Positions 62,201 to 64,000 of a stretch of 64,000 bases of DNA are shown here, in pieces. Source of the DNA: Macrostomum hystrix (lineage: Eukaryota > Animalia > Platyhelminthes). The stretch is taken from NCBI GenBank assembly GCA_950097015.1, contig CATNEN010000039.1, positions 15,810,001 through 15,874,000 on the forward strand, given 5' to 3'. Under the pieces are notes generated by a model. It saw only the letters and a list, made by a program, of their open reading frames with translations. It was not told the DNA's origin and did no database searches. Numbering within the stretch: the first letter of the stretch is position 1; every line of letters starts with the position of its first letter. The translations under genes and the position numbers were made by a program.

Positions 62201-63893
62201 GTACTTTTAGGATGGGAAAATGCCGTACTTTTCAGTATGTAAACTGAACATAGCATAAGGAGGGGTACAGTGGCTCCATTAGCCACTGTAGAAACAGGGG
62301 GGTAGAAATCCTGAAGGGTGTGGCTTTATTTTTAGAACAATCTACGAAATTGTACATGCGCACGTGGATCTACATTCACTTTCTTTTTCAAAGCTATTTT
62401 TAGAAGCGACATGAGCTTTATCTAAGTACATTCACTTTCCGCAACTAGCTATTTTTAGAGCATATGCATTATTTCAACTTTAAACACGAAAATTTTTGTC
62501 ACAAAACGAAGTTTAACCAACCCCCAGAGTTCTCACTTGATGCTGTGAAGTTTTTGCAGTTTCTCAAAGCAGCGTCCCAAAGTGAGCAGCATCGGTGCCT
62601 GCAGCTTCCAGTCCTTGATGAAGACCTCCGTGACGCTGTCCTGCTTATCCGGATTGTCCATTTCAACTTGAATGCTCGGCTTCATCAGTTCCAAATAGTT
62701 TTTCACGATGAATGTCTTCGGCTTGAAGCCAAGCAGTTCCATTACGGCTGTCGAGAAGAAGCGCGTTAGGATTTTTTAAGTTGGCTGACACATCATTTGG
62801 TGACACTAGACCCGCAGCAAGCAAGGAGGCAATCCTGCACATTCCGCTGACTCCTGAGCACACACGCACACAGGTGTGTACATCTGCCCTGACTTTCTCA
62901 TCGTGAGGCAGTGACACTCTCCCTGTGCTTTGTAGGTTGGCCCTCAAGGGTGTAAATTGTAAAATCTCTAGGAATATAAGTGAGTTAGTATTGGGACCTG
63001 ACACGCGGATAAAACACTGTATTAGTTTCGTTAAATTGGTTTCCATGACAACTGTAGCTTGGTCTCAGTGAAACACGTTTGGTTTACACATGTGAAAATA
63101 CGAAGTCTGAAAAACATGGATTCGACACGATCGAATGCTCAGATAGGTAACTCACTAATTAAAAAAAAATACAAGGGATAATTTTTTGAGGCAACGAAAA
63201 CTCCTGGCAAGTATTTTTACCCCAATCATCCAGCGGCTGCCCTCGTTCGTCGTCTGATTCTGAGTCTGGGAATATTTCGCCGCGTTAGAGGTTTGAGCTT
63301 TTGTTTTTTAATTTTTAATTCTATTATTACTCGTCGTCAGTTCGCCGGCGAGTAAGCTATTCTGCTACCCCTAAGATGACACAGATTTTTCATCGAGAGG
63401 CGTCTCAGTCTCACCTTTCTCCTCTGGCGACTCCTCCTCAGGCTCAGCCAGCTGCTGCTGCTGTTGCTGTGCGGCGGCCTTCTTGTCCTCCTTGCCCTTC
63501 TTGCCAGTCGGCACCTGGGCATGCTCGATCTGTGTGGACGACGCGTAGAATAATTAATTACAGAATTATTTAAACTAAGGATAAAATAATTATTGCATCA
63601 TTCAAACAAAAATTCCGCTCCACCTTGTCGGGCGAAGTGGGTCTCTTGGCTCGCAGCACAACAGGCGGAGGCCGGCATATTTCTGCTTCTTTGCACAGCT
63701 CAGCAAAATCCGTCTGAAAGTTTCCAGTTGGCTGGTACGGGTCTGTAAAGAAATAATTGAATAGTCTTTGCAATATAAAATTATAACAAAGCTGATAAAA
63801 CGCTAGTTCAAAATGTCCGGGCCGCCTACCCGGCTCCTTGTCGTCCGGTTCTTCGCTGCGCGCAGATCTTTCGCTTTTTTTTGCTCGGCCCAT
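56282..63893 (-). CDS. LRRC71: Leucine-rich repeat-containing protein 71 (13 core exons, ~539 aa)
   Basis: Exons 63893-63830, 63742-63624, 63529-63415, 62747-62537, 62155-62006, 61900-61741, 61356-61189, 59432-59304, 58119-58044, 57962-57865, 57424-57307, 56587-56472 and 56377-56282, all GT-AG and phase-consistent. YQ.TG.FQTDFAELC, P.IQVEM, V.EVFIK.WK, INLW.V, LSSNCIGDDG, LRTNRTLL.LSLS.NR, F.LTHEE.V.RRRL, HPLLE, PGN..L..LNLSRN.IT, KDP match LRRC71 as I recall it. Confidence 0.92.
58160..58510. repeat. 12-bp CT repeat (TCTCTTCCCCTT)
   Basis: Visible directly. Confidence 0.95.
58545..59260. repeat. 21-bp minisatellite (CATTCATTACCTCATCCTTCT)
   Basis: About 34 units. Confidence 0.95.
59898..59945 (-). 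CDS. LRRC71: Candidate 48-nt cassette exon of LRRC71 (PDRESRQSRPDSSHAT)
   Basis: TTATTTTAG acceptor, GTACCT donor, open, phase 0-0, GC-rich within an AT-rich intron. Confidence 0.5.
60090..60205. repeat. 17-bp repeat (GGCTGAGGTTTCTCATT), CCAAT-containing on the - strand
   Basis: About 7 units. Confidence 0.85.
60458..60469 (-). CDS. LRRC71: Candidate 12-nt micro-exon of LRRC71 (SATT)
   Basis: CTAAC branch-like motif, then TTGACGTGCAG|TCAGCGACAACG|GTAAGC; phase 0-0. Confidence 0.5.
60590..60745. repeat. 16-bp repeat (GATTTCTGATTGGCTA), CCAAT-containing on the - strand
   Basis: About 8 diverged units. Confidence 0.85.
61385..61695. repeat. 21/22-bp minisatellite (GCTAGTGGACACCCAGGTGAA)
   Basis: Fills most of LRRC71 intron 6. 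Confidence 0.9.
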
Positions 63894-64000
63894 CTGAAGT
63901 AGCTTAGCCGCGCTGAAAAATAAATTTGAATGCAAAGGTGAGGCAGAGGTGAGGAAAGCTCATCAATTAAAATAAAATAAAAATATAAAACTTAAAACAT

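Noticed and set aside
63220-63270. Possible extra LRRC71 exon (CAG|ACTCAGAATCAGACGAC...TTGG|GTAAAA)
   Set aside because: It would enter in phase 1 and exit in phase 2, breaking the frame.

Overview
This is eukaryotic (metazoan) genomic DNA, not prokaryotic. GC-rich exons with GT-AG introns sit in a dense set of 15-53 bp minisatellites. That style resembles the flatworm Macrostomum lignano, but the species is an inference. Seven protein-coding genes were rebuilt by hand with phase-consistent splice sites: (1) a Ly6/three-finger-like Cys-rich membrane protein (-, 70-1061); (2) an intronless M13/neprilysin-like peptidase (+, 7043-9328); (3) an AMPK gamma subunit with a long N-terminus and polyQ (+, 10747-20316); (4) a WSC+PAN surface protein (+, 23382-26846); (5) LRRC61 (-, 28409 to at least 41159, first coding exon unresolved); (6) TMEM43/LUMA (-, 51989-54367); (7) LRRC71 (-, 56282-63893). 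Mobile-element relics include a MULE/SWIM transposase, a putative MITE, a DIRS/Ngaro RT plus tyrosine recombinase, two mariner pieces, an EnSpm/CMC-like transposase, tRNA-head CORE-like SINEs and a LINE 3' end inside a satellite. The most unusual signals are: minisatellites in local sibling pairs, including a 111-bp patch shared between two arrays and an inverted pair around an exon; frame-preserving micro-exons in LRRC71; and a duplicated segment that may carry the missing first coding exon of LRRC61. Most long ORFs in the supplied track are repeat artefacts. Gene identities come from my recall of family motifs, not from a database search.
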